Source of the DNA: an uncultured Ruminococcus sp.
GTDB lineage: Bacteria; Bacillota; Clostridia; Oscillospirales; CAG-272
Assembly (NCBI GenBank): GCA_964441695.1
Contig: CAYYKO010000002.1
Location: forward strand, 1 to 57,345
Direction: 5' to 3'
DNA: 57,345 nt
The number at the start of each line of letters is the position of its first letter. Within the stretch, counting starts at the first letter, position 1. The notes under the pieces were generated by a model, which was not told the origin of the DNA, searched no databases, and saw only the letters and a list, made by a program, of their open reading frames with translations. Position numbers and translations under genes: made by a program. Positions 46,402-55,428 of the stretch are shown here, in pieces.

Positions 46402-47894
46402 TTTACATTCCTTCCGTCATCCGTCGCATCATTAGCGGCGCGGCGGTTCCTGTTCTTTACGAGTTTTTTTCTGATGCACTGGATGACACGCTCCGCGTGT
46501 ACGGCGCGGCTTGCCTTTACAAGGAGCACGTCTCCGTCCTCGTAAAGGCTGAGGATCATATCAGCCATTGTCTGCGGGTCACGCGTGTCGAGGCAGACGC
46601 AGACATTCTCCGCGCGAAGTCCCTTCTTTATTGCAGCCTCTGCGATAACGTCGCTCATCAGACCGTAGCAGAAAAGCTTCTTTACTCCGACCTGCGCGAT
46701 ATACTGTCCGAGCTGGTCGTGCATAAGGCGTGAATATTCGCCGAGCTCAAGCATGTCGCCGATGAGAGCGAGCGGTCGCGCATTGCGTCCCTTCGCAATA
46801 GACGAAAGCACGTCAAGTGCGGCACGCATCGATTCGGGGCTTGCGGTATAGCAGTCGTCGATAACGGTAAGTCCGCCGAGCTCATATATGCTCTGGCGCA
46901 TTTCCGCTCCCACGAAATCAAGCAGTCCGCGTCTTATATGCGTGTCGTCGATGCCGAGCAGCGTTCCGACGGCATAAGCGCCGAGTGCGTTGTAAACATT
47001 GTGGCGTCCGTGTACGGGGACCTCGATATTTGTCAGCGCACGGTTGTCGTAGATCATGTCAAACAGTATGCCGTTAGCGTTGGTTCGCATATTGAGCGCC
47101 CTGTATTCGGCATTTCTGTTGTACACGCTCATATAGCTGACTCGTGTCTGAACCTCCAAGCCCCCGCGACGCAGCAGCGGCTCGTCGCCGTTGAGTATCA
47201 CGCGTCCCTTTCTCGTCATTCCGGCGCAGACCTCAAGCTTTGCGCGGCAGATATTCTCACGAGTGCCGAGCGTGGCAAGGTGCGAGGTACCGATATTCGT
47301 AACGATTGCGATATCCGGGCGCGCTATCAGAGACATATGCTCGATCTCTCCGATATTGCTCATGCCCATCTCAAGCACCGACACCTCGTCGTCGGGCGCC
47401 AGCTCGAATATCGTGAGCGGGAGCCCGAGCTCGTTGTTGTAGTTTCCGCGCGTCTTATGAGTCTTAAAGCGCGAGGCGGCGACAGAGGCTATCATTTCCT
47501 TGGTGGTGGTCTTTCCGACGCTTCCCGTAACGGCAACGAATTTTGCCTTCGAATGGTTGCGGTACCACGCCGCGAAGCGACCGATGGCGTCTATCACGTC
47601 ATCGACGATAATTGCACAAAACGCCTCGCCGCACGTGCGTGCGTTATCGGGAAGGTGGGTCGTTATGACGCACACGGCTCCGTGGAGCACGGCGTCGGCA
47701 ATAAAGTCCGCGCCGTCGACCCGCTCTCCCTTTATGGCACAAAATACGCAGTTAAGGTCAGCCTCTTTCGATGAGGTGGTAAGTCCTCTTACCTTTACGG
47801 CAGTGTCTATCTCTCCAATACACTCACACGTTCCGCCGATAACGCCGCACAGCGTTTCAACGGACGGAGCAACAAGTTTCAGTTCAATGCTCAT
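46398..47894 (-). CDS. murF: UDP-N-acetylmuramoyl-tripeptide--D-alanyl-D-alanine ligase
   Basis: 498 aa. P-loop ...VAVTGSVGKTTTKEM..., ...NNELGLP..., a Mur ligase C-domain, and a basic tail of about 25 aa. 4-nt overlap with mraY. Confidence 0.92.
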   Translation of the reverse strand: MSIELKLVAPSVETLCGVIGGTCECIGEIDTAVKVRGLTTSSKEADLNCVFCAIKGERVDGADFIADAVLHGAVCVITTHLPDNARTCGEAFCAIIVDDVIDAIGRFAAWYRNHSKAKFVAVTGSVGKTTTKEMIASVAASRFKTHKTRGNYNNELGLPLTIFELAPDDEVSVLEMGMSNIGEIEHMSLIARPDIAIVTNIGTSHLATLGTRENICRAKLEVCAGMTRKGRVILNGDEPLLRRGGLEVQTRVSYMSVYNRNAEYRALNMRTNANGILFDMIYDNRALTNIEVPVHGRHNVYNALGAYAVGTLLGIDDTHIRRGLLDFVGAEMRQSIYELGGLTVIDDCYTASPESMRAALDVLSSIAKGRNARPLALIGDMLELGEYSRLMHDQLGQYIAQVGVKKLFCYGLMSDVIAEAAIKKGLRAENVCVCLDTRDPQTMADMILSLYEDGDVLLVKASRAVHAERVIQCIRKKLVKNRNRRAANDATDDGRNVK

Positions 47895-47914
47895 TTTTTC
47901 GGCCTTTCTGCATT

Positions 47915-49444
47915 TTATTCTTGGTTTTTTCTTTTTCTGACAGCGTCACGAAGTATTTCTCTTTCATCGAACGGATGCTTACCCATGGCGTCAATTTCGT
48001 ATTTTTCGTGTCCTTTTCCCGCAAGAAGGACAATATCGTCCGCTCTCGCGCAGTCGACGGCGTAGCATATCGCCTCGCGTCGGCTCCTTATGACCGCATG
48101 CGGTCTTTCGAGGTCGAGCCCCGATAATATTTCGGCAATTATCTCATCTGCGTCCTCGCCTCTCGGATTGTCCGAGGTCACAATTACAAAATCGGCAAGA
48201 CGCGACGCTATGTCTCCCATACGTCTGCGCTTTGAGCGGTCGCGCTCTCCCCCGCAGCCGAAAAGAAGTATTATCCTCTGCTCGCGGCGCCTCAGCTGTC
48301 GCACCGACACAAGCAACGCCTCAAGAGCCGCCGGTGTGTGCGCGTAATCGACAAATGCCTCGAACGGAGCTCCGAGCTCTCCGAGCTCCACGCGCTCGAG
48401 CCTTCCGTTAATTGAGGAAAGCTGCCCAAGTGCATCGCGAACGCACACAGCGTCAATTCCGAGTGCAAGCGCCGCCGTCGCCGCAAGGAGTGAATTCTGA
48501 ATTGTAAACACGCCCGGCACGCGGCACTTCAGGCGAAACACCGCCTCGCGCGAGAAATACACATATTCCGCGCCGTCAAGCGTTATGGGCTTTTGTCTTA
48601 ATGCCGAGACCTCAGCGGTCAGCTGGCGCCCCGACGAGGCGTCCGACGAGCAGGTGATAACACGCTTTTCCTGCGCGAACATGCCCTCAAGTCGGCTCAT
48701 GTATTCATCGTCGCAATTAATGACAAGAAGCTCGGTCGCCAACGCAAGGCGAGCCTTTGCGGCGAAATAGCGCTCCATTGTGCCGTGGTAATCAAGATGC
48801 TCCTCGGAGAGGTTCGTGAACACGGCGCAGTCGATGTGCAGCGGAGCTGTTTTGTGCTGAGACAGCGCGTGCGAGGACGCCTCGAAAACGAGATATTCAA
48901 CTCCGCGCTCGCGCATCATTGCGATGCTTCCGTAAAGATATTCGGGATCCGGCGTCGTCATGGCACCTGCCGCGTCGCTCACGGACGAGCCGCCGAACGT
49001 GCCGAGCACCTCGTCCTCAGCCATTGAGCCCGCCGTCGTTATAATGCCGACGCGCCGTCCCGCGCAGCGAAGTATCTCGCGCAGCATAAAGACGCACGAG
49101 GTCTTGCCGTTTGTGCCCGTCACCGCAATAAGGTGCATGTCGGCGGCGGGATGTCTGTAGAAATTATTCCATATATATGCCTCAGCGACCCTTGTATCGT
49201 CGACTGCAATGTACGGCACGCCGTCCGGCAGCTCAGCCTCGCTTTCGACCACAACAGCCACAGCTCCGCGCGACAGTGCCTCGCCGATATAGCTGTGACC
49301 GTCGCGGTGCGTACCCTTCACGCAGATGAATATTCCTCCGCTGAGCACGCAGCGTGAGTCTGAGCAGATATGCCCGATCTCCGTGTCGCGCGCGACACCG
49401 TATTTTTTCACCCGAACGCCCGACAAAAGCTCGCAAAGCTTCAT
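47915..49444 (-). CDS. murE: UDP-N-acetylmuramoyl-L-alanyl-D-glutamate--2,6-diaminopimelate ligase
   Basis: 509 aa. ...IAVTGTNGKTS..., ...EASSHAL..., and the DNPR motif (...VTSDNPRGED...), which indicates meso-DAP specificity. Confidence 0.92.
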   Translation of the reverse strand: MKLCELLSGVRVKKYGVARDTEIGHICSDSRCVLSGGIFICVKGTHRDGHSYIGEALSRGAVAVVVESEAELPDGVPYIAVDDTRVAEAYIWNNFYRHPAADMHLIAVTGTNGKTSCVFMLREILRCAGRRVGIITTAGSMAEDEVLGTFGGSSVSDAAGAMTTPDPEYLYGSIAMMRERGVEYLVFEASSHALSQHKTAPLHIDCAVFTNLSEEHLDYHGTMERYFAAKARLALATELLVINCDDEYMSRLEGMFAQEKRVITCSSDASSGRQLTAEVSALRQKPITLDGAEYVYFSREAVFRLKCRVPGVFTIQNSLLAATAALALGIDAVCVRDALGQLSSINGRLERVELGELGAPFEAFVDYAHTPAALEALLVSVRQLRRREQRIILLFGCGGERDRSKRRRMGDIASRLADFVIVTSDNPRGEDADEIIAEILSGLDLERPHAVIRSRREAICYAVDCARADDIVLLAGKGHEKYEIDAMGKHPFDEREILRDAVRKRKNQE

Positions 49445-49504
49445 ATATTACCTCCGAAAGCTTAAATTAACCGAAAAAGAAACTTAAACTTCCGTAAGGC
49501 GGCA

Positions 49505-51886
49505 TCAGTCTGTGCCGTCCATATGGCGAAGCTCTATCTCCACCACGGTTCCGACCTCGACGGTGCTTCCCGCCGCGGGTGTCTGTTCAATTACCGTTGC
49601 CGACGAGCCGTTCGCGGCACCCGTAATACGTACATTGAGCTCTGAGCCGAGAAGCAGCATATTTGCCGCCTCGGCGGTCTTTGACATGAGATCCGGTACG
49701 ACCGTGGTTCTCTTTTGGCTCTCCGCACCGCAGTAAAGGAGCACGCGTCCGTTCTCGGCACGCATGTAGCTTCCCGCCTCGGGTATCTGGCTCGTAACGA
49801 CGCCGCCGTCGCCGATGATCTCGCAGGTCAGTCCCGCCTCCTCGATCATGGTCTTCGCCTGCTCCGGTGTGCCTCCGACGTAGTTTGCGACATCTGTGCT
49901 GAGTGTTGCAAGGTCCTCGTCGGTGTACGTTCTCTCAAAGCCGAGATACGGCAGTATATCGGAAAGAAGATTCGAAACGTAGGGAGCGGCAACAACGCTT
50001 CCGTAAACCGAGCCGTTCATCGGCTCGTCGACGACGATTATCACGGCGACCGCCGGGTCATCCGCAGGTGCAAAGGCAATGCACGAGCCGACGCGCTTTG
50101 TGTCCGCGTCCTCGCCCGTCGCGTCTCGCTTCTCCGAGGTTCCGGTCTTCGCCGCGACCTTATAGCCCTTAACATAGGCATTCTTAGCGCCGCCGTTTCC
50201 CGAAACGCCGTCCTCAAGGACAGCGGCTATCTGCTCGCACACCTCGGTGCTCACGACCTGACGCTTTATATCTGTTTCGTAGGACTTGATAACGCTTCCG
50301 TCCTCGTCGACTATCTCCTTGAGCACGTGGGGCGTCTTGTAATATCCGCCCGACGCCACCGTTGCTATCGCGGACAGCTGCTGTATCGCGGTCGTTCGGA
50401 AGGTCTGACCGAAGGAATACACGGCAAGGCTGACATTCGTGAAGCTGTCGGCGGTGTTGTACACGCTGTACGACTCACCCGAAAGGTCGATGCCGGTGAC
50501 CGAGGTGTAGCCGAACGCCTCAAAATAATTGTAGAATCTCTCCCTGCCGACGAGAGCGGCGACCTGCATGAGCGCAGGGTTACACGACTGCTGAAGTCCG
50601 TATCTGTAGGGGAGCGTGCCGTGACCGGAGTGGTCGTGACAATATATCGGGTACGGCCAGCCCTCCACTATCCAGTATCCGGGGCAATTGAACGGCGTGT
50701 CGAAGGTTATCACCTGCTCCTCGAGCGCCATCGCCGTGGTGATTATCTTAAACGTAGAGCCGGGCTCGTAGGTCTCAGATATCGCCTTGTTGTTCCATAT
50801 TCTGTAAAGCTTCTCGCTGTCCGAGGGCTCGTAGCTCTGCTTATTGCCGTCGGTGAAATCGCCGATGCGCTGACTGTTCAGCAGCTCCTTCGCTCCCTCC
50901 GCCTTAAACAGCGGGTCATTCAGGTCAAAGCTCGGGTATGTCGCCATCGCGAGCACTCCACCCGTGTCGATATCGAGCACGATGCCCATAACGCGGTTAT
51001 TCGCAAGAGAATCCTCATAGGTCATCTCAAGCTGGTTCTCGAGCGCGCTTTGAATATAATTGTCTATCGTCGAGACGACGGTGTAGCCGTTCTGCTCGGG
51101 AATGTAGGTTTCGTATTCAAAGGGAAGCTCGTTTTTGCCCGCGCCCTGTGCGAGGACGTATTTTCCGCTCGTTCCCTCAAGGTAATCGTTATAGTAGCCC
51201 TCGATGCCGCCGCTTCCGTAGCCGGACGACGACATGAAGCCGACGACATGGGACGCCAGCGAGCCGTAGGGATAATATCTTTTTCCCGACATGCGGTCGT
51301 ATATCTGCTCGCCAAGCTCAAATTCCGCGATAAAGTCGCGAACGCGCTGGTCAAGCGCCTCCTCAACCTCGCTTTCGACCACCTGGTACTGTCTTTTCTT
51401 CACCTTATCGTCGGACAGGTCGAGCTTCGCGCGAAGGCTTGCCTTCTTTTCGGCGTCGTAATCGAAAAGATTCGCGAAAAATTCCGTGATCAGCTCCTCG
51501 ACGCGCGTGCCGGAATACGACGCCTTGCCGTCCTCCGACACCCAATTGTAACGAAAATCGTTGTCCGGGTCGTCGTCGCTGTTCAGCTTTTCTATCTTCT
51601 CGTTGCGGTCTATCATGTGCTTCGGAGAGACAATAATATTGTAGACCGTCTTCGTCGTGGCAAGGACGACTCCGTTGCGGTCGGTTATATCGCCGCGCTT
51701 CGGCGACACGAGCGTTTCGGTAGTCAGCTGACCGAGCACCTCGGACTGATAATAATCGTAATCTATCAGCTGATACTTGACGAGCACACCGAGGATCACC
51801 GCCAAAAGGAACACGAAGATAAACAGTGCGAAGTATATTCTTTTGCAGGTTCTTTTATCCGTTCTGTTTCTTAGCTTCTCTTTCAC
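49505..51886 (-). CDS. Class B penicillin-binding protein (FtsI/PBP2B/SpoVD-like) with two C-terminal PASTA domains
   Basis: 793 aa. N-terminal TM helix and PBP dimerisation domain. Transpeptidase motifs STFK (...EPGSTFKIIT...), SCN (...QQSCNPAL...) and KTGT (...AAKTGTSE...), followed by two PASTA-like repeats. Confidence 0.9.
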   Translation of the reverse strand: MKEKLRNRTDKRTCKRIYFALFIFVFLLAVILGVLVKYQLIDYDYYQSEVLGQLTTETLVSPKRGDITDRNGVVLATTKTVYNIIVSPKHMIDRNEKIEKLNSDDDPDNDFRYNWVSEDGKASYSGTRVEELITEFFANLFDYDAEKKASLRAKLDLSDDKVKKRQYQVVESEVEEALDQRVRDFIAEFELGEQIYDRMSGKRYYPYGSLASHVVGFMSSSGYGSGGIEGYYNDYLEGTSGKYVLAQGAGKNELPFEYETYIPEQNGYTVVSTIDNYIQSALENQLEMTYEDSLANNRVMGIVLDIDTGGVLAMATYPSFDLNDPLFKAEGAKELLNSQRIGDFTDGNKQSYEPSDSEKLYRIWNNKAISETYEPGSTFKIITTAMALEEQVITFDTPFNCPGYWIVEGWPYPIYCHDHSGHGTLPYRYGLQQSCNPALMQVAALVGRERFYNYFEAFGYTSVTGIDLSGESYSVYNTADSFTNVSLAVYSFGQTFRTTAIQQLSAIATVASGGYYKTPHVLKEIVDEDGSVIKSYETDIKRQVVSTEVCEQIAAVLEDGVSGNGGAKNAYVKGYKVAAKTGTSEKRDATGEDADTKRVGSCIAFAPADDPAVAVIIVVDEPMNGSVYGSVVAAPYVSNLLSDILPYLGFERTYTDEDLATLSTDVANYVGGTPEQAKTMIEEAGLTCEIIGDGGVVTSQIPEAGSYMRAENGRVLLYCGAESQKRTTVVPDLMSKTAEAANMLLLGSELNVRITGAANGSSATVIEQTPAAGSTVEVGTVVEIELRHMDGTD

Positions 51887-51976
51887 GCTGCTCTCCTATA
51901 ATTCCCGCAGCACGTCCGCGGGTGCTCCCGCTATCAATTTTATTTGCCGTGTGCGCGGGATATTCGAGAAAATCAA

Positions 51977-51997
51977 AGCGCACCGGAAAAGTGCGCC
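51977..51997 (-). terminator. Small hairpin between ftsL and the PBP gene (possible attenuator)
   Basis: GCGCAC-CGGAAAA-GTGCGC, followed on the minus strand by TTTGATTTTC. Confidence 0.3.
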
Positions 51998-52035
51998 GAT
52001 CCATAATATGCTGTTTTGTCGCAAATACGCTTATT

Positions 52036-52836
52036 TCAGCGGATGTAGTCGAGAATATCGTCGAACGCCGCGGAAAGTCCCGACAGGATGCCGCCGTAGC
52101 CTTCGGGAGAATCGCTTTCGTTATTTTCGAGAACGATCCTGTCCCCCTCGGACACGGTCACGTATTTCTTCTCGACCGAGCCCTCCTTGACCATATTGAG
52201 CTCGCCCGCGGCAAGCTGCTCTATCTCGCCGAGGTCGTTTTTGTCCTCGAGCTTCAGTCTGTATCTCTCAATCTGTCCGTCAAGCTCCTCAAGAGTGCTC
52301 TTCAGCTCAGACAGCTGCGCCGAGCTTGTCGCAACGCGATTGGCGCTGTAAGCAACTCCGGAAAGCAGCGCTGCTGCGGTAAGTATTCCGAGTATCACGT
52401 TCATCGGAAGCTTCGTGCGCTTGATCTTGATCTCACGGTGGCTCAGTGCAAGCTCCTCGCGGCGTCTCTCAAGTCGCTCGGCGCGGCGTGCCGCACGGCG
52501 TGCTGCCTTGTGCTCCTCTCTGACCCGGCGCGCATATGCTTCAGCCTGCGCGCGGCGGCGAGCCTCGTTTCTCTCGCGCATGATATACTCACGCTCGAGC
52601 CTTTCGAGTCTGTGCGCGTTTTCGTGCTCCGCACGCTCGCGACGTGCTGCCGCCTCACGTGCCGCTACTGCCCTCGCACGGCGTGCGGCGTCATTTTCGT
52701 ATTGTGTACGGGAAGCGGAAGAACGCTCGGGAGCTCGACCCATTGCGGGGCTGTTATGTATTGCACCGAGTGCAATATCCGTCCGACCGACATGGATGCG
52801 GGGCTGTGCGGTGCCTCTTATCGCCTGATATGTCAT
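52036..52836 (-). CDS. ftsL: FtsL-like cell division protein with about 140-aa Arg/Ala/Glu-rich N-terminal extension
   Basis: 266 aa. A single TM helix (...MNVILGILTAAALLSGVAY...) is followed by a coiled coil and ...EIEQLAAGELNMVKEG..., as in FtsL. Canonical position between rsmH and the PBP gene. RBS GAAAGGAAG lies upstream of ATG 52836. Confidence 0.65.
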   Translation of the reverse strand: MTYQAIRGTAQPRIHVGRTDIALGAIHNSPAMGRAPERSSASRTQYENDAARRARAVAAREAAARRERAEHENAHRLERLEREYIMRERNEARRRAQAEAYARRVREEHKAARRAARRAERLERRREELALSHREIKIKRTKLPMNVILGILTAAALLSGVAYSANRVATSSAQLSELKSTLEELDGQIERYRLKLEDKNDLGEIEQLAAGELNMVKEGSVEKKYVTVSEGDRIVLENNESDSPEGYGGILSGLSAAFDDILDYIR

Positions 52837-52878
52837 GTGAGTTCTTCCTTTCCGTAAAATTCCGACTTATTCGGTGTC

Positions 52879-53817
52879 TTACACCCTTTGCAGTGCGCGA
52901 AGCTTCGCGCTTCTTGAGCGCGGGTTGTCCGCAAGCTCGTCCCCACCCGGTGTAATGGGCTTCTTTGTAAGTATTTTTGCCTTCGGCGTATTGCCGCACA
53001 CGCAAACGGGAAACTCCGGCGGGCATGTGCAGCCGCGTGCGAAGGACGCCATTGTCTGCTTTGTTATCCTGTCCTCAAGCGAGTGGAAGGTAATGACCGC
53101 GGCTACCCCTCCGACGTTCAGTCGCTCGACTGCCGTCTCAAGCGCGGGTCTTATAACATCGAGCTCACGGTTGACCTCGATGCGTATCGCCTGAAAGGTA
53201 CGCTTTGCGGGGTGCTGTGCCTCACGGCGTCGTGCGGCTGCGGGTATCGCACCCTTTATTATTTCCGCAAGCTCAAGTGTCGTTTCGATCGGTGCGGTGC
53301 GCCGTGCGCGGGCTATCGCGCCGGCGATTGCGGGGGCGAATTTCTCCTCGCCGTATGCGTATATTATCCGCTTCAGCTCCGCCTCGTCGTAGGTATTGAC
53401 CACCGTTGCCGCGTCAAGCGAGGCTGTTCTGTCCATTCTCATATCGAGCGGCGCGTCCGCCATGTACGAAAAGCCGCGCTCCGCATTATCGAGCTGATAT
53501 GAGGAAACTCCGAGATCCCACATGATCCCGTCTATTTTATCAATTCCGAGTGAGTCAAGGACCGAGCCGAGCTCGGAAAACTCGCTTTTTACAAGTGTTA
53601 CTCTGTCGCTGTAGTCGCGAAGTCTCTCGCGGCAGGCGGCAAGCGCATCGTCGTCGCGGTCAAGGCATATCAGGCGTGACCCTTCGGGCAGTCTCTGCGC
53701 TATTCCGAGCGAATGACCTCCGCCTCCCGCCGTGCAGTCGACGTAAATTCCGCCGCGACGAGGGTCAAGCAGCTCCATGCACTCGTCAAAAAGTATCGAT
53801 TTATGCTTAAATTCCAT
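52879..53817 (-). CDS. rsmH: 16S rRNA (cytosine1402-N4)-methyltransferase
   Basis: 312 aa. ...HKSILFDECMELL...GIYVDCTAGGGGHS... and ...FHSLEDR.... Confidence 0.95.
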   Translation of the reverse strand: MEFKHKSILFDECMELLDPRRGGIYVDCTAGGGGHSLGIAQRLPEGSRLICLDRDDDALAACRERLRDYSDRVTLVKSEFSELGSVLDSLGIDKIDGIMWDLGVSSYQLDNAERGFSYMADAPLDMRMDRTASLDAATVVNTYDEAELKRIIYAYGEEKFAPAIAGAIARARRTAPIETTLELAEIIKGAIPAAARRREAQHPAKRTFQAIRIEVNRELDVIRPALETAVERLNVGGVAAVITFHSLEDRITKQTMASFARGCTCPPEFPVCVCGNTPKAKILTKKPITPGGDELADNPRSRSAKLRALQRV

Positions 53818-53832
53818 TTGCCTCAGCCTCCG

Positions 53833-54252
53833 TTACAGTCCGAGGCTTGCGAGCATTTCGGCAAGGTCATCGGGGTTGCTCTCCTCTTCGACCTTCTGCC
53901 ATCTCTCCTCAGACCAGATCTCGGCATATCTGCCGCAGCCGACGATCACGACATTCTTCGTGATTCCGGCATATTCTATCATCGCCTGAGGGATGACCGC
54001 TCTGCCCTGCGAGTCGAGCTGTATCTGAGCGCCCTGTCCGAAAATTATACGTGCGGAGCTTTTTATCGAGCTTTTGGCGTGCTCGTCGAACTTTGCCGCG
54101 TAGCGCTCCCACTCCTCAGCCGAATACACGGCAAGGCATCTGTCGGAGTCGCGGGAAAGCACGATATTCTCGCCGAGCTCTGCCTTCAGCTTGGAAGGAA
54201 TTATAAGTCTGTTCTTCGCGTCTATCGAATGTGGGTAGGTTCCCATCAACAT
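53833..54252 (-). CDS. mraZ: Transcriptional regulator MraZ
   Basis: 139 aa with two SpoVT/AbrB-like repeats: MLMGTYPHSIDAKNRLIIPSKLKAELG... and ...LDSQGRAVIPQAMIEYAGI.... Confidence 0.95.
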   Translation of the reverse strand: MLMGTYPHSIDAKNRLIIPSKLKAELGENIVLSRDSDRCLAVYSAEEWERYAAKFDEHAKSSIKSSARIIFGQGAQIQLDSQGRAVIPQAMIEYAGITKNVVIVGCGRYAEIWSEERWQKVEEESNPDDLAEMLASLGL

Positions 54253-54270
54253 GGCTTATTTCCTCCTTTT

Positions 54271-54300
54271 CGCTCCACTTTGTGGCACTTTGCTCCACCT
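54271..54300 (-). promoter_or_regulatory. Candidate MraZ operator: three direct repeats with 10-bp period
   Basis: The minus strand reads GTGGAGCAAA GTGCCACAAA GTGGAGCGAA, between the predicted -10 and the mraZ RBS. Confidence 0.45.
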
Positions 54301-54307
54301 CGATATT

Positions 54308-54336
54308 ATTATATATCAATCAAGGCTAAATAGCAA
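54308..54336 (-). promoter_or_regulatory. sigma-A promoter of the dcw cluster (Pmra)
   Basis: Minus strand: TTGCTA (54336-54331), 17-nt spacer, TATAAT (54313-54308). Confidence 0.55.
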
Positions 54337-54692
54337 GGGGTTAGCATAAAAATATTTATGTTATTTTCGCGTTTTTTGCGCCTTTTTCCGAATATTCGAG
54401 CCAAAGTCACGTAAAGCGACGGCAGATATACAATTATTTCCCATTTTTGCGATATTCTTCCGCAATTCAGCCTTTCCGAATATTAACCGCCCTTGTGCGA
54501 CGATTTATGAATTAGCACGGGTGCCGAGCATCTTTTCGGATGCAAAATTGGTAACGATTACGACGAACGCGGCGGCGAATGGCGAGCAGCTGTTCGCATT
54601 TGTAACTTTTTAAGGCTGCAAAGTGGAAAGAAAAACGCCTCCCGACGCATGTTATACACATGTCGAAAAGGCGCTTTGCGGTGCTTTATCAA

Positions 54693-55256
54693 TTACAGTA
54701 TCGGCTCGACCGTAGCGAGAAAGTACTCCGCGAGCTGCTCCGGCGACTCCTTCATGCCGCGCGACAGCCACCAGACGACCGTGTCGACGAACGACGAGGA
54801 TATATGGTTTACAAGGTAGTCCTCGGGCAGCAGCGAATGCTTCAGCAGCCCGCGGTGCGCGTATTGCGCGACTATCAGCTTCCTGAGCCCGCTCTTGAAG
54901 TAGCTGAGAAATATCTCGTTGTTCTGTGAGTTCAGCAGCTCGAGAATATTGCGATCGTTCTCCTGAAGGTGCCGCAGAAGATGCAGAAACACCGAATCCG
55001 TGCTGCTGCCGCAGGTGCAGTGGTACTGACCCTGCGGCAGTCCCATCGCCGTACCTATTATATGTCCGAAAAGCTCCTCGCAAAGATCGCGGAGCAGGTA
55101 TTCCTTGGTTTCGAAATGCGCGTAAAAGGTAGTTCTGCCGATATTTGCGGCGTCGATTATCTCCTGCACGGATATGTGCTCATAGCTTTTCTCCGACAAA
55201 AGCTCCGTGAATGCCGAAAATATCGCCTCGCGCGTCCTTTTTTGGCGTCTGTCCAT
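54693..55256 (-). CDS. TetR/AcrR family transcriptional regulator
   Basis: 187 aa. N-terminal HTH ...RTREAIFSAFTELLSEKSYEHISVQEIIDAANIGRTTFYAHFETKEYLL.... Confidence 0.88.
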   Translation of the reverse strand: MDRRQKRTREAIFSAFTELLSEKSYEHISVQEIIDAANIGRTTFYAHFETKEYLLRDLCEELFGHIIGTAMGLPQGQYHCTCGSSTDSVFLHLLRHLQENDRNILELLNSQNNEIFLSYFKSGLRKLIVAQYAHRGLLKHSLLPEDYLVNHISSSFVDTVVWWLSRGMKESPEQLAEYFLATVEPIL

Positions 55257-55317
55257 ATTCCCTCCCGAACAAATTCAAAAAAACGTTCATTAAGCTACAG
55301 GTGCGTTTTTTTGCTCC

Positions 55318-55346
55318 TTGAATTTTGCACACCGAGCACGTATAAT
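55318..55346 (+). promoter_or_regulatory. sigma-A promoter for the P-type ATPase
   Basis: TTGAAT (55318-55323), 17-nt spacer, TATAAT (55341-55346). Confidence 0.5.
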
Positions 55347-55354
55347 TAAGACAG

Positions 55355-55376
55355 TAACAGAACGGTGTGTTTGTTA
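55355..55376. promoter_or_regulatory. Imperfect palindrome, candidate TetR operator
   Basis: TAACAGAAC-GGTGT-GTTTGTTA lies between the two opposed -10 boxes. Confidence 0.35.
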
Positions 55377-55384
55377 TCATACAC

Positions 55385-55413
55385 ATTATACCGCACTGAA
55401 GGTGCGATGTCAA
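55385..55413 (-). promoter_or_regulatory. Consensus sigma-A promoter for the TetR gene
   Basis: Minus strand: TTGACA (55413-55408), 17-nt spacer, TATAAT (55390-55385). Confidence 0.55.
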
Positions 55414-55428
55414 GAAGGAGACACAGTC

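Noticed and set aside
45352-46545. 397-aa ORF on the plus strand
   Set aside because: Antisense to mraY and the murF 3' end. An extremely Arg/His/Lys-rich nonsense-like translation.
49715-51874. 719-aa ORF on the plus strand
   Set aside because: Antisense shadow of the class B PBP gene. No motifs and an implausible composition.
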